From NCBI GenBank assembly GCA_951406725.2, contig OX597833.1, positions 65,410,001 to 65,474,000 of the forward strand: a stretch of 64,000 nucleotides of DNA, read 5' to 3'. Position numbers and translations under genes: made by a program. Below are positions 1 through 11,100 of the stretch, in pieces (position 1 is the stretch's first letter; the number at the start of each line of letters is the position of its first letter). The stretch comes from Octopus vulgaris (Eukaryota). A model generated the notes under the pieces. It was given only the letters and a program-made list of their open reading frames with translations. It made no database searches and was not told the origin of the DNA.

Positions 1-13
1 TATATATATATAT

Positions 14-188
14 AATTGCAGTCGTAGAAGGTGTTTATAAGCCATTGAAGAAACACACAAAATCCGTTGGATCACTTTACGGTCTCAAAGCGATGAAAAT
101 ATTTTGACAAATTAAATTTAAATGTTGAAGTGAATCCAACGGTTTTTGTGTGTTTCTGAAATGGCTTATAAACACCTTCCACGCTGCA

Positions 189-191
<3 letters not shown>
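14..191. repeat. Imperfect inverted repeat (~65-bp arms) embedded in (TA)n; probable inverted terminus of a Penelope-like element
   Basis: Arm 14-79 (aattgcagtcgtagaaggtgtttataagccattgaagaaacacacaaaatccgttggatcactt) is near-complementary to 128-191 (aagtgaatccaacggtttttgtgtgtttctgaaatggcttataaacaccttccacgctgcaatt). (TA)n lies on both sides. The palindrome is seen directly; the PLE assignment is inference. Confidence 0.7.
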
Positions 192-226
<35 letters not shown>

Positions 227-229
<3 letters not shown>

Positions 230-864
230 GCAGTATCGCCCGGCGTTGCTCGGGTTTGTAAGGGAAATAACTATATAAGCATTTTTAGAGAGTTATAGCC
301 AAAAAATAGCAAAAAATGCATTAAAAATGGAAAAAATATGATGGTAAATTTTTTTGAAAAATCGTTGACTCATCGTAGACATTTTTAGAGAGTTACTTCC
401 GTTATATAATAGCGAAAAAATGCATTAAAATGGAAAAAAAACGATGGTAATTTTTTTTTTAAATCGTAGACTCATGTAGACGCTTTCTTAGCCATTTCTG
501 TTTTGGTGTCTTCAAGCCATGAAGTCGTTGTTCTAAAAGAACGCTGGTCTCCTTGACAACGCATTACGACGTTGATTTCCTTACACTCCCTTCCCCACAG
601 GTGCAGGTGTGAGCGTGGACGCCAACTCCGCCGCCATCGACACACGAAAAATTATGCATTAAAATGGAATAAAAAATAATGTTAAATTATTTTTAAAATC
701 GTAGACTCATCGTAGACGCGCGCTAATACTCAGACGGGCTCGATATGAATGACGACTATAAGCTACCCGAATTTGGTTAAACTGCACCGCAAAATGTGGG
801 AGTAGTTAGGAATCTAAATCGAAGGGGACAGACACTCACACAACTACAGTTTTATATATATAGA
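227..864 (-). mobile_element. Non-autonomous Helitron-like element
   Basis: The minus strand starts TCTATATATATAAAA (864) and ends with the GC-rich hairpin CCCGAGCAACGCCGGG followed by CGATACTGCTA(T), a degenerate CTAG. Internal direct repeats (aaaatgcattaaaatggaaaaaa...aaatcgtagactcatcgtagac, about 3 copies). Same architecture as 37701-38114. Confidence 0.6.
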
Positions 865-884
865 TATACATAGCGCAGTAGTGG

Positions 885-1145
885 TGAGATGTGACAGCAA
901 AGAAAAGCATACATTCACTCTCTGCATGCAATTAGACTCGGAAAGTTCGTGAGGAACCTATTGACCCAATTTGCTGACTTTTCCGATAGCACACAGGTCT
1001 CAATGAATGGTTGAATGACCAAATCCAAGCTTCTCTGCTAGTTCCTCAACAGTTACGATGAGAATTTATTCCACCAGGGTTTTCAGGATGTCCTTATCGA
1101 GTTCTACAGATCTTTCAGGATGAGGCTCGTCTTCTAGGCTGTTCC
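885..1145 (-). pseudogene. Mariner transposase N-terminal/HTH fragment with stop codons
   Basis: Manual minus-strand translation: SLEDEPHPERSVELDKDILKTLVE*...IVTVEELAEKLGFGHSTIH*DLCAIGKVSKLGQ*VPHELSESNCMQRV. This contains the mariner WVPHEL motif (W mutated to stop). Confidence 0.85.
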
Positions 1146-1569
1146 AATATAGCTTTGAAAAAAATAGCTGTTAAAATCGAAATGCACTCTTCAAAACTTG
1201 CACTATGAATAAGGACAAGATAAAATTACTACCTGCTTTTATAGCATTGTTAATATAAGTAGTTTATCCCATTCCCCTCTGACTTTTAGTTCAAGCTGTT
1301 GAAAAAACCGCATTATTATATATATATATATACATACATACATACATATACACACACACTCTCTCTCTCACACACATGCACACATTTATATTCTGTTATT
1401 CTTTTATATGTTTCAGCCTTGAGGTTGTGGCCATGCTGGATCATGTGTGTGTGTGTGTGTCTATCTGTCTGTCTGTCTGTATGTATATATGTATATGTAT
1501 GTGTGTGAACAATAATATTTTCAACAGATGTGTTGCAAATGTATCTGATTGTTCTCAAGCTTCAATACT

Positions 1570-1674
1570 ATGTGTGTGTGTATGTGTGTGTGTATGTATG
1601 TATGTATATGTATGTATGTATATGTATGTATGTATGTATGTGTGTATGTATGTATGTGTGTGTGTATGTATGTA

Positions 1675-1707
<33 letters not shown>

Positions 1708-1746
1708 ATGTATGTATGTATGTATGTATGTATGTATGTATGTATG
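1570..1746. repeat. (TG)n/(TATG)n compound microsatellite
   Basis: Direct inspection. Confidence 0.95.
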
Positions 1747-2226
1747 AGTGTATGTTTACTTTATTACTAACACAAGCCACTACGGTTATTTTATGTAAAG
1801 TCTTCCTCAAATCACTATCTCTGGCTATTTACTCTCTTCCAAGAACATTTTCACTCACACTTGTGTTAGCTTCCCATACATTTTACTCATGTATCTATCA
1901 GCGCGATAGAGAGAAACAAATATTACATCTAGTTTCACTTTATTCGTTGCCCACTGTGTGTGTGCGTTTGCGTGTGGTGTAAACCAGACTAAGAAAAGCA
2001 TTTGACACACACACCAGAATGTGAGTTTTCTGTAAATTTTGCTTAATTGGAGTTTAAATTTTAAAAACTGGACCTGGCATGACGCGATGCATTGTACTCT
2101 TAAAAATGCAAGGTAAATTGTAATTGAAGAAATCCTATATTGTAGATTTGTATAACTCCCAAAGGGAGGCAGATAAAATCTGCCTTTTATAATAAGAGAT
2201 ATATATACATATATATATATATATAT

Positions 2227-2430
2227 AGGTGCAGGAGTGACTGTGTGATAAGTAGTTTCCTTAACAGCCACATTGTCCCGGCTTCAGTCCCACTGCGTGG
2301 CATGTTGGGCAAGTGTCTTCTACTATAGCGTATGGAGTGCTTCAACCACTTGCGCGTTTATTCCACGAGCAAGCCGTTCCATTGATCGGATCAACTGGAA
2401 CGCTCTTGTCGTCGTAACCGACGGAGTGCC
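2227..2430 (+). mobile_element. SINE-A 5' head fragment joined to a SINE-D 3' fragment
   Basis: ggtgcaggagtgactgtgtgataag...gggcaagtgtcttctactatagc matches the family A head. 2333-2430 (...gatcggatcaactggaacgctcttgtcgtcgtaaccgacggagtgcc) matches the family D tail, whose reverse complement is at 4302. Confidence 0.75.
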
Positions 2431-2759
2431 ACGATATTTGCATATACGTGCACACACGTGTGTCAGAGAAACAAATAGACATTTTCGACGAGCGCAGTTT
2501 ACCTCACTCGTTTCTTTATTGCTTGTCTATCTTTTCCCAAGTAGTTGGCTCTTTTCGTATCGATCATAGCCAATTGTTTATGTTGCACACACTTGCCATG
2601 CTTATAGATCTGTGTGCATGTCTGTTAGTAGTGTGTGTTAACTTGTATGTGAGTGTTTATGTCTGCATATAAGTATCTATGTACGTAAGTGCATGGTACG
2701 TATCGATATCTATGTATTATGCATGCATATGTATATGCGTGTATGTGTGTAAAATCGAT

Positions 2760-2836
2760 ACAAAGAATATGTATGTATATATATATATATACTTATATTT
2801 ATATGTATATATACATATGCATAATTGTAGGTATAA

Positions 2837-2880
<44 letters not shown>

Positions 2881-3001
2881 TTGTATAAGTTTATGCATCA
2901 ATATTGCATCGTGATATATTGGTGTATGTTACACATTAGTTTACACATACATATACATACATACAAATACACACTTATATGCACATAGTCACACACACAA
3001 G

Positions 3002-3039
<38 letters not shown>

Positions 3040-3058
3040 CATACGTATTTGCATGTGC

Positions 3059-3102
<44 letters not shown>

Positions 3103-3208
3103 GCATAAACTTTTGTGTATATATATACAGTACATCTCTCTGTCTCTCTCTCTATATATATACACACTAACCTAGACACATATACGCATGTACATGTGTA
3201 TGTATGTG

Positions 3209-3264
<56 letters not shown>

Positions 3265-3333
3265 CGCATGCACATTTGTATGTATATAAGTATGTATATA
3301 TATATATATATGTATGTATACACACACACTCAC

Positions 3334-3390
<57 letters not shown>
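2760..3390. repeat. (TA)n/(TG)n/(CA)n microsatellite field
   Basis: Direct inspection. Confidence 0.95.
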
Positions 3391-3393
<3 letters not shown>

Positions 3394-4301
3394 AGCGCAC
3401 ATATCCAGACACGAACGCAAACGTACATACATATTAATGGCTATTATCTCTGGAATATTTTATGCGTGTTGATGTAGGTTAATAGCTAATAAACCGGTAA
3501 TTTCGAAAAGACGTTATTATGGATGGAATTATAGGAAAAAGAGTTAAAAAATAATTATTCAAAAGCATTGTCTGTTTGAATAAATCACAATGGTCAATCG
3601 ATCCAGCTCTGTAACAATGTATCCACGACAACTTCTTCACATGTAATGTATAGGCAAGAATAATATATAAAAAAAGAAAGATAGGGAAAAAGGAGCGAAA
3701 AGTCGAGAAGAAGAAACGGAGCATATGGGTTAATTCAGAAGAGAATATTAATGAGAATCTATATCTGTGTCTATGTTCTTTGTTTCGTTTTTAATAGGTT
3801 TGTCAGATAATACAAGCCAACGCTGACGTAATTTTTTGGGATTTTTTTTTTTTGTTATTTTCATCTTTATTTTTGCTTTGTTTTTCTTTTTATTGGGCCT
3901 TTTTGACCGATGAGGGGTAAAAAATGTGAAGCAATAATATATGAGATCCTGTATTAAGATACAACGGGAGAAAAGGATAAAACAATTTATCCTCATCCAA
4001 ACAGGAAACCTGCTATGTATGAATGCCAAACATTGGTGCTGCCGTTAAACTCTGCGACAGATGAAATGTAACATAACCCACACGATTCTGATTCCACTGA
4101 TTCTTCCACGACCAATTTTCTCTCGCAGACATTTATAGAAACCATATGTCCAGGTCATTGAATATCTCTCGTATCGTACTAGACCCTCTTCCCAAGAACC
4201 CTTCCGGTTTACAATCTCTCCTTCTTCTTACCACACAGCCGCGCCAGTGCCTATGTGTGCCATTATTCCTCATATTGCATAGGGTCTAAGAGTGGATGGA
4301 A

Positions 4302-4518
4302 GCACTCCGTCGGTTACGACGACGAGGGTTCCGGTTGATCCGAATCAACGGAACAGCCTGCTCGTGAAATTAACGTGTAAGTGGCTGAGCACTCCACAGC
4401 CACGTGTACCCTTAACGTAGTTCTAGGGGATATTCAGCGTGACACAGAGAGTGACAAGGCCGGCCCTTTGAAATACAGGTACAACAGAAACAGGAAGTAA
4501 GAGTGAGAGAAAGTTGTG
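4302..4518 (-). mobile_element. SINE-D 3' portion
   Basis: gcactccgtcggttacgacgacgagggttccggttgatccg... recurs at 2333-2430, 5160-5335, 32880-33160, 42790-42930 and 59603-59752. Confidence 0.8.
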
Positions 4519-4689
4519 ATCCAGATCTCTTTAATCTATATCATCCAGACACATAGAACGGACATGCTCTCCTTAGGGCCTCTCATTATCAAACTAAAAA
4601 TTACGACTTATCATGAGATCGAACCCAGTATCGCATGGTTAACGTACTTCTTAACTACACATCTAGTATTATAGTAAAATACTGCAGCG

Positions 4690-4810
4690 ATGGCGTGTGG
4701 CTTAGTGGTTAGGCTATTCAGCTCGCGGTCGTAAGGCCGTGAGTTCAATAGCCCTCCGGTGTGTCGTGTCCCTCAAGAAGACACTTTATTTCAACTCGCC
4801 GGTCCACTCA
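4690..4810 (+). mobile_element. tRNA-derived SINE head (family C/D type), degenerate
   Basis: A-box-like tggcttagtggttag and B-box-like gagttcaatag, then a CORE-like gtgtccctcaagaagacactttatttc. Similar to the minus strand of 23150-23406. Confidence 0.65.
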
Positions 4811-5669
4811 TCTGATATAAACAAGAAACACCTTTAGGTATATAGTTACAAGCCGAGCAAAAGGTCTACGTACACCGCTATATGTATATATAAATATATA
4901 AATAAATAAGTGAATAAATAAATAAATAAATAAATAAAGGGAACAAGAGCGTAACGGACGACAATGAAAAAATACAGACAGACCGACGATACAAAGGCGG
5001 ACGTGAAAACCAGGACGGAACATTCGTGGCTTTCTATTCATCCTTCAATTATCACTACAGTTTCGGCCTGTTACACTTGAGACTGTTCAAAATTGGTAGG
5101 CCCCAAAAGTCTAAGCTAAGGGCATTCAATTTTTGGAAGGAAGTGGGCGAAAATGTTACAGGATTACTTGTAATTACATAGGGGTCAGATCCTGTGTTAC
5201 GCTGAATCTCCCTGGGAGCTACTCTAAGCGTACGAGTTCTTGTAGAATGCTCAGCCACTTGCATGTTAATTTCAAGCGTAGTCCGTTTAGTTGATCGTCG
5301 GATCAACTCGAACCCGCGTCATCGTAATCGATCGAATTTCAGTGTTAAAATACTGCAATGCTGTAATATAGTTTAACACTCTCTCGGTTGAGTGGATATG
5401 TAGAAAGTGGTATTCTTTGAGAAGTTAAACACGTAGTAAATATCTGCTTTAAAACTGTCTAGTCTGGAAATGTATTGTTTCTGCTAAACTTGGCAAAAAC
5501 TTTCCCTTTGATATATTAAAACCATGCTGAGATTAATAGCGTTCACGTATTATAAAGTAATTAATATTATTCCGAATTTCTAATATTTAATAGACAACAA
5601 TAGGAAACAGAAGATAATCGCATTTTTAATGTCTTTTCACATGGAAGTATTTCCTTAAATAATAATCGA

Positions 5670-6270
5670 TTCTAATTTAATTACTGTGTCCGCAATATGT
5701 GAGGGGAGGCCCAAGTCGATTACATCGACCCCTGTGCTTGACTGCGATTTTAATTTATCTACTTCGAAAGCATAAAAGGCAGATTTGACCTCGACGTGGT
5801 TCGAAACCAGAAACGTAAAGTAGAAGAAGAATTGCTGCCAAGCATTTTGTCAGTTCTCTGCCTTAACTCAGTCTAGTTTTGGCACAAGGCCAGCAATGAT
5901 GCGGCTAAGGGTAAATCGATGGCATAGAGTACCCGACTGGTACTTTATTTTTACCGGCCCAAAACCAAAAAGGTAAAACTGACCTCGATGAAGTCTCAAC
6001 ACAAAGCAACGTTCTGGAAACAGAACTTAATCGAAATTTTAATATCTTCTTACGTTGAAATATTTTCTTAAATTATGATGGCTTCAAATTTTAGCCCCAG
6101 GCCAATTTTCTTCATTAATATTGATTTCTGTTCTTAAGCGGTGAGCTAACAGAAACGTTTGGACGCCGGTGAAAATGCTTAGCGGCATTTCGTCCGTCTT
6201 TACATTCTGGTCTCAAATTCCACCAAGGTCGATTTTGCCTTTCATCCTTAGGGGATCGACGAGATAAGCA
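5670..6270. mobile_element. Cluster of old, diverged SINE-B-like fragments
   Basis: Repeated motifs aagtcgattacatcgaccc, ggcacaaggccagcaa and gcctttcatcc at about 5700-5860, 5880-6000 and 6138-6270. Confidence 0.65.
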
Positions 6271-6501
6271 CAATAGAGTTGTACACCTTTGTTTCTATTT
6301 GTCTCCACCCACCTTCACACAGCTTCACCACCGGCATTCGTTTGTTTACGTCCTTAAAAGCAGGCGGTTCAGCAGAAAGAAAAACGAACGATGAAATAAG
6401 GTCCAAATTATAAAATAAATACTAGGGGCGTTTGATTTGTTGCATTAAAGCTCTTCGTGTTTCAAAGCGATGACCCCACCAAAATATATAAACAATATGA
6501 A

Positions 6502-6732
6502 AGGCGGCGAGCTGGCAGAAACGTTAGCACGCCGGGCGAAATGCGTAGCCGTATTTCGTCTGCCGTTACCTTCTGAGTTCAAATTCCGCCGAGGTCGACT
6601 ATGCCTTTCATCCTCTCGAGGTCGATAAATTAAGTACCAGTTACGCATTGGGATCGATGTAATCGACTTAATCCGTTTGTCTGTCCTTGTTTGTCCTCTC
6701 TGTGTTTAGCCCCTTGTGGGCAGTAAAGAAAT
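6502..6732 (+). mobile_element. SINE-B, full length, young, with 18-bp TSD
   Basis: Head ggcggcgagctggcagaaacgttag (A box) ... gagttcaaattcc (B box). Central gcctttcatcctctcgaggtcgataaattaagtacc. Tail tttagccccttgtgggcagtaaagaaa. TSD atatataaacaatatgaa at 6484-6501 and 6733-6750. Confidence 0.9.
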
Positions 6733-6758
6733 ATATATAAACAATATGAAATATAACC

Positions 6759-6991
6759 TATTTCTTTATTACCCACAAGGGGCTAAACACAGAGCGGACA
6801 AACAAGGACAGACATAGGTATTAAGTCGATTATATCGACCCCAGTGCGTAACTGATACTTAATTTATCGACCCCGGAAGGATGAAAGGCAAAGTCGACCT
6901 CGGCGGAATTTGAACTCAGAACGTAATGGCAGACGAAATACCGCTAAGCAGTTCGCCCGGCGTGCTAACGATTCTGCCAGCTCGCCGCCTT
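6759..6991 (-). mobile_element. SINE-B, full length, young, with 15-bp TSD
   Basis: Reverse-complement copy of 6502-6732. TSD atatgaaatataacc at 6744-6758 and 6993-7007. Confidence 0.9.
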
Positions 6992-7441
6992 TATATGAAA
7001 TATAACCGGTGTGTGTGTGTGTCCGTGCGTGTTAAGATACAATGCGGATTTCAAACTGTTATTGACAAACCGCCATCGAAATACACTCTGCTTTGTTCGA
7101 GTTTACATCTTTTCGCTCGCAGACAACACAATCTCCTGTTTATTCGTATGTCTCCGCTTCTTGCAGCAACATTTTCAGATGTCATGTTTGGTTCTGCACA
7201 TGCACCAACACCAAAACACTCGCAGACACTTGCGCACGCACACGCACACGCACACAGACGGACATTCATATATAACATCCCTGTTACATGCGCGAGCTCA
7301 CACGCAAGAGCAAACATGTAGATGGGATATAAACATGGCGGTTATAAAGTGTTGCCTGGAGACACGACGTAATCGTTGGAAATCAATTTTGAGCTTTAGT
7401 GATTATTATGTGCGACGGCATCAAAGTCACTGTTACCGAGT

Positions 7442-7460
7442 GCATACATACATACATACA

Positions 7461-7492
<32 letters not shown>

Positions 7493-7526
7493 CATATATA
7501 TATATATATGTGTGTGTGTTTGTGTA

Positions 7527-7595
<69 letters not shown>

Positions 7596-7737
7596 ATGTA
7601 TATAAATACATATATATATATATATATACATACATACATACATACACAAATACATGTATATATTTACAGCCATATATATGTTCATATATACACATATACA
7701 TATATAGGGGTATGTATACATATATACGTATATATAT

Positions 7738-7785
<48 letters not shown>

Positions 7786-7801
7786 ACACATACATACACA
7801 C

Positions 7802-7885
<84 letters not shown>
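7442..7885. repeat. (CATA)n/(TA)n/(TG)n microsatellite field
   Basis: Direct inspection. Confidence 0.95.
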
Positions 7886-8935
7886 AACATACGTGTTTAT
7901 ATAACTAAGGCCACTATATAATAAATCATAGCGACGAAATATCGAAGTACATAAAATTGGACATTTTTACAAGTTTCCTCGATTCATATTACATTTCTTT
8001 GGTGAAATGTCATATCTATTTTGATTCTGATTTTTGAATATAGAGAGAGATATTGTCGTAATAAATGGTGAATCTCATGCGAGGAAAATCAAATTTTAGT
8101 GGCCGAAACTAAATGTCTCACAATTTCAGATTGGAAAAACAAAATCAAAGGAGAAAAATCAAATAAAAATGGCGCCTAACATGTAGGTTAGCATTTGCGA
8201 ATATACAGAAGAAAAGTGGGTTATCGCGTAATTGTCTTTCATGATTAAATTCGATATTTCTTGCGGCATGCATAAATATATGGAATGTATATTTACTGGG
8301 GGAATGATGGCAACATTAACCCATCTATATTTGGCAATAATGTTTAGTTTATATAATATTACAATTGTTGGTTTTTAACTGTTATTGTATTTGTTATGTG
8401 AGCAATATTTTTTATTGCTAATAATGGCTCCTAAGGGAGCTTTTAAACATCAATGTTTTAGGTCGGGTTTCATGGTGTTAAAGCTGTTTGTTGAAATATA
8501 GGAAACTAGTCTACTCTCTAATATTTTATTTGTTTCAGTCATTGAATTCTGGCCATGCTAGATCACAACCATCATTGTTTATCATCATTGCACTTCTAGC
8601 CTTGTCCTGGGTAAGATTTAAACTGCATCCAGTAACGGAGCCGTTCTTTGGGAGCTGAAGGTTTTTGAGGAATGTGGACGCATTATGAGCTATTTTTTCT
8701 CGGGTCGACTCTGATCTAGAGTAGCGACATCTATCACGGTTCCAACAATAAATGAATTAGCATATTATGGATTGCCTGCTATACATGTGATGACTGGATC
8801 CCACAGACTCTACTAAAGAAGCCTTCATGGCTCAATAGAGAGAAAGGTAACTGCAGAGACGCACTATGGAATCCAGACAAGATGCGACAAGTAAGGCATT
8901 CACTGCCTTCGTCTCAATTCCCAGTCGTCTCGATC

Positions 8936-9395
8936 TATTTCTTTACTACTCACAAGGGTCTAAACACAGAGAGGACAAACAAAGACAGACATAGGTATTA
9001 AGTCGATTATATCGACCCCAGTGCGTAACAAAGACAGACAAAGAGAGACAGAGAGATTAAGTCGATTATATCGCGTAACTGTTACTTATTTAATCGATCC
9101 CGAAAGGATGAAAGGCAAAGTCGACCTCGGCTGAATTTGAACTCAGAACGTAGCGACAGACGAAATACCTATTTCTTTACTACCCACAAGGGGCTAAATA
9201 CAGAGAGGACAAACAAAGACAGACAGAGGGATTAAGTCGATTATATCGACCCCAGTGCGTAACTGGTACTTATTTAATCGATCCCGAATAGATGAAAGGC
9301 AAAGTCGACCTCGGCGGCATTAGAACTCAGAACGTAGCGACAGACGAAATACCGCTAAGTATTTCGCCCGGCGTGCTAACGTTTCTGCCAGCTCG
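8936..9395 (-). mobile_element. SINE-B tandem (headless copy plus near-full copy)
   Basis: tatttctttactactcacaagggtctaaacacag starts at 8936. The same tail restarts at 9170 directly after gacgaaatacc, and the second copy runs to ccagctcg (9395). Confidence 0.85.
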
Positions 9396-9764
9396 ACCTG
9401 GTCTTGCTACCGGATTGAAGATGCTTACGGACAAGAGAGTTGGGTTTACAGTGTGAAACTCTTCTCCGCTTTAAACAAATGTCCGATCATCCTCAAATAT
9501 GACCACATAATCCGCGTGACTGCAACGGGCGAACATGTCTTCTATTACTAGTTGGTGAATAATGGAATTTCATCCTATCTCTGTGTAGTTCTTGCTGTGA
9601 TGTAACTTCGGATAGGATTTCAGAAAGTAAAATATCAAAGTAGTGTTTGTAAATGTTGAATATTCAATCGCTTTTATATCCTTCTTGTTTTAGATATGAT
9701 ATTAATATGACCTGTCTCTTTGAAACTTATACTGAACGGAAAAGATAGGTCTTTGACACTATAC

Positions 9765-9895
9765 TGTGTTATATTGTCCCTTTCTCTATGGTGCTTTTAT
9801 ATTATAATCGTGTTATATTGTGCTTTTATGGCATTGTGTTATATTGTGCTTTTATGTTATATTGTGCTTTTATATTGTTCTTTTATGGTATAATC
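9765..9895. repeat. Degenerate minisatellite (gttatattgtgcttttat, about 5 copies)
   Basis: Direct inspection. Confidence 0.7.
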
Positions 9896-10170
9896 GTGGT
9901 TGATAAATAAAGGAAGCAACGAAACATTATGCTTTCACATTAACACAGTACTTTAGAAGAAGGTGTTTAATCAATTACATAAGCCCGTCTGCCCAATTAG
10001 TACTTATTTTATCGACTCCGAAAGAATGAAATGCAAAGTCGTCCTCCACGGAATTTGAACACTGAACGTAAAAGCACGGCAGAAATTTTGCTAAGCATTT
10101 TATCCAACGCGTAATTGATTCTGTCCTCACGTCGCTTTAAAACAAAGTGCAACAGGATATCCTTCTTAGT

Positions 10171-10376
10171 CTTTTACTGTTTTACTTCTTTCAATTATTT
10201 GATTGCGGTCATGCTGGAGCACCGCCTTTTAGTCGAGCAAATCGACCCCAGGACTTGTTCTTTGTAAGCCTAGTACTTATTCTATCGATCTCTTTAGCCG
10301 AACCGCTAAGTTAGGAGGGCGTAAACAGACCAGCATCGGTTGTCAAGCGATGTTGGTGGACAAACACAGACACACA

Positions 10377-10415
<39 letters not shown>

Positions 10416-10572
10416 GACGGGCTTCTTTCAGTTTCCGTCTACCAAATCCACTCACAAGGCTTTGGTTGGCCCGAGGCTATAGTAGAAGACACTTGCCCAA
10501 GGTGCCACGCAGTGGGACTGAACCCTGAACCATGTGATTCGTTAGCAAGCTACTTACCACGTAGCCACTCCT
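10171..10572 (-). mobile_element. SINE-A, full length, with internal (TA)n
   Basis: Matches the family A consensus shared with the copies at 12866, 20762, 30768, 35807, 38441 and 60685 (catgctggagcaccgcc...gggcttctttcagtttccgtctaccaaatccactcacaagg...acttgcccaaggtgccacgcagtgggactgaaccc). Confidence 0.9.
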
Positions 10573-10739
10573 TACAATAAAGTAAGCTCAATAAATAATT
10601 AGTATTGGGCCTGTATTATACAGTAGAGAGGAAAATGATAGAAAACTCAGCGCTTACAGTTGTATGTTCACCAGTCGGAACGAAGTGCAGTGTCTAGACA
10701 TCCGGGCACAACGATGGTCTATCACCGCCATATAATATT

Positions 10740-11100
10740 AATTTCAAACTTTGGTACAAAACCAGTAAATCCGAGGGGGGGGGGTATAAATCGATTACAT
10801 CGATCCCACGGATCAATTTGTACTTATGTTCATGAACCTCGAAATGATAATCGCAAAGTCTGCATTGGCGGAATTTGATCTCAGAACGTAGGGACGGACG
10901 AAGGCTCCGAGGCATCTTGCCGAGCGTGCTCAGAATTCTGGCAATGTGCCGCCTTAATCCCTTTTAATATTGGTTCCAAATGTTTGGCACAAGGATAGCA
11001 ATATCGTGGGGCGGAGGTAAGTTGAGTAAATTGACCCCAGCACTAGGGTTTATTTTAAGGACATCGAAAAGATGAAAGTCAACGACGTCCTCGGTGGAAT
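10740..11100 (-). mobile_element. Two diverged SINE-B-like copies (alternative-tail subfamily)
   Basis: tttcaaactttggtacaaaacc.../tttggcacaagg... followed by tcgattacatcgatccc and ggcggaatttgatctcagaacgta. Confidence 0.65.

Noticed and set aside
6502-6595. tRNA genes at SINE heads (families A, B, C, F)
   Set aside because: A/B boxes are present, but there is no complete cloverleaf and they are fused to SINE bodies with TSDs.
7300-8330. Promoter-like motifs (aaaatggcg / aacatggcgg YY1-like sites, CpG-containing patch)
   Set aside because: Short motifs expected by chance, with no associated exon or transcript evidence.
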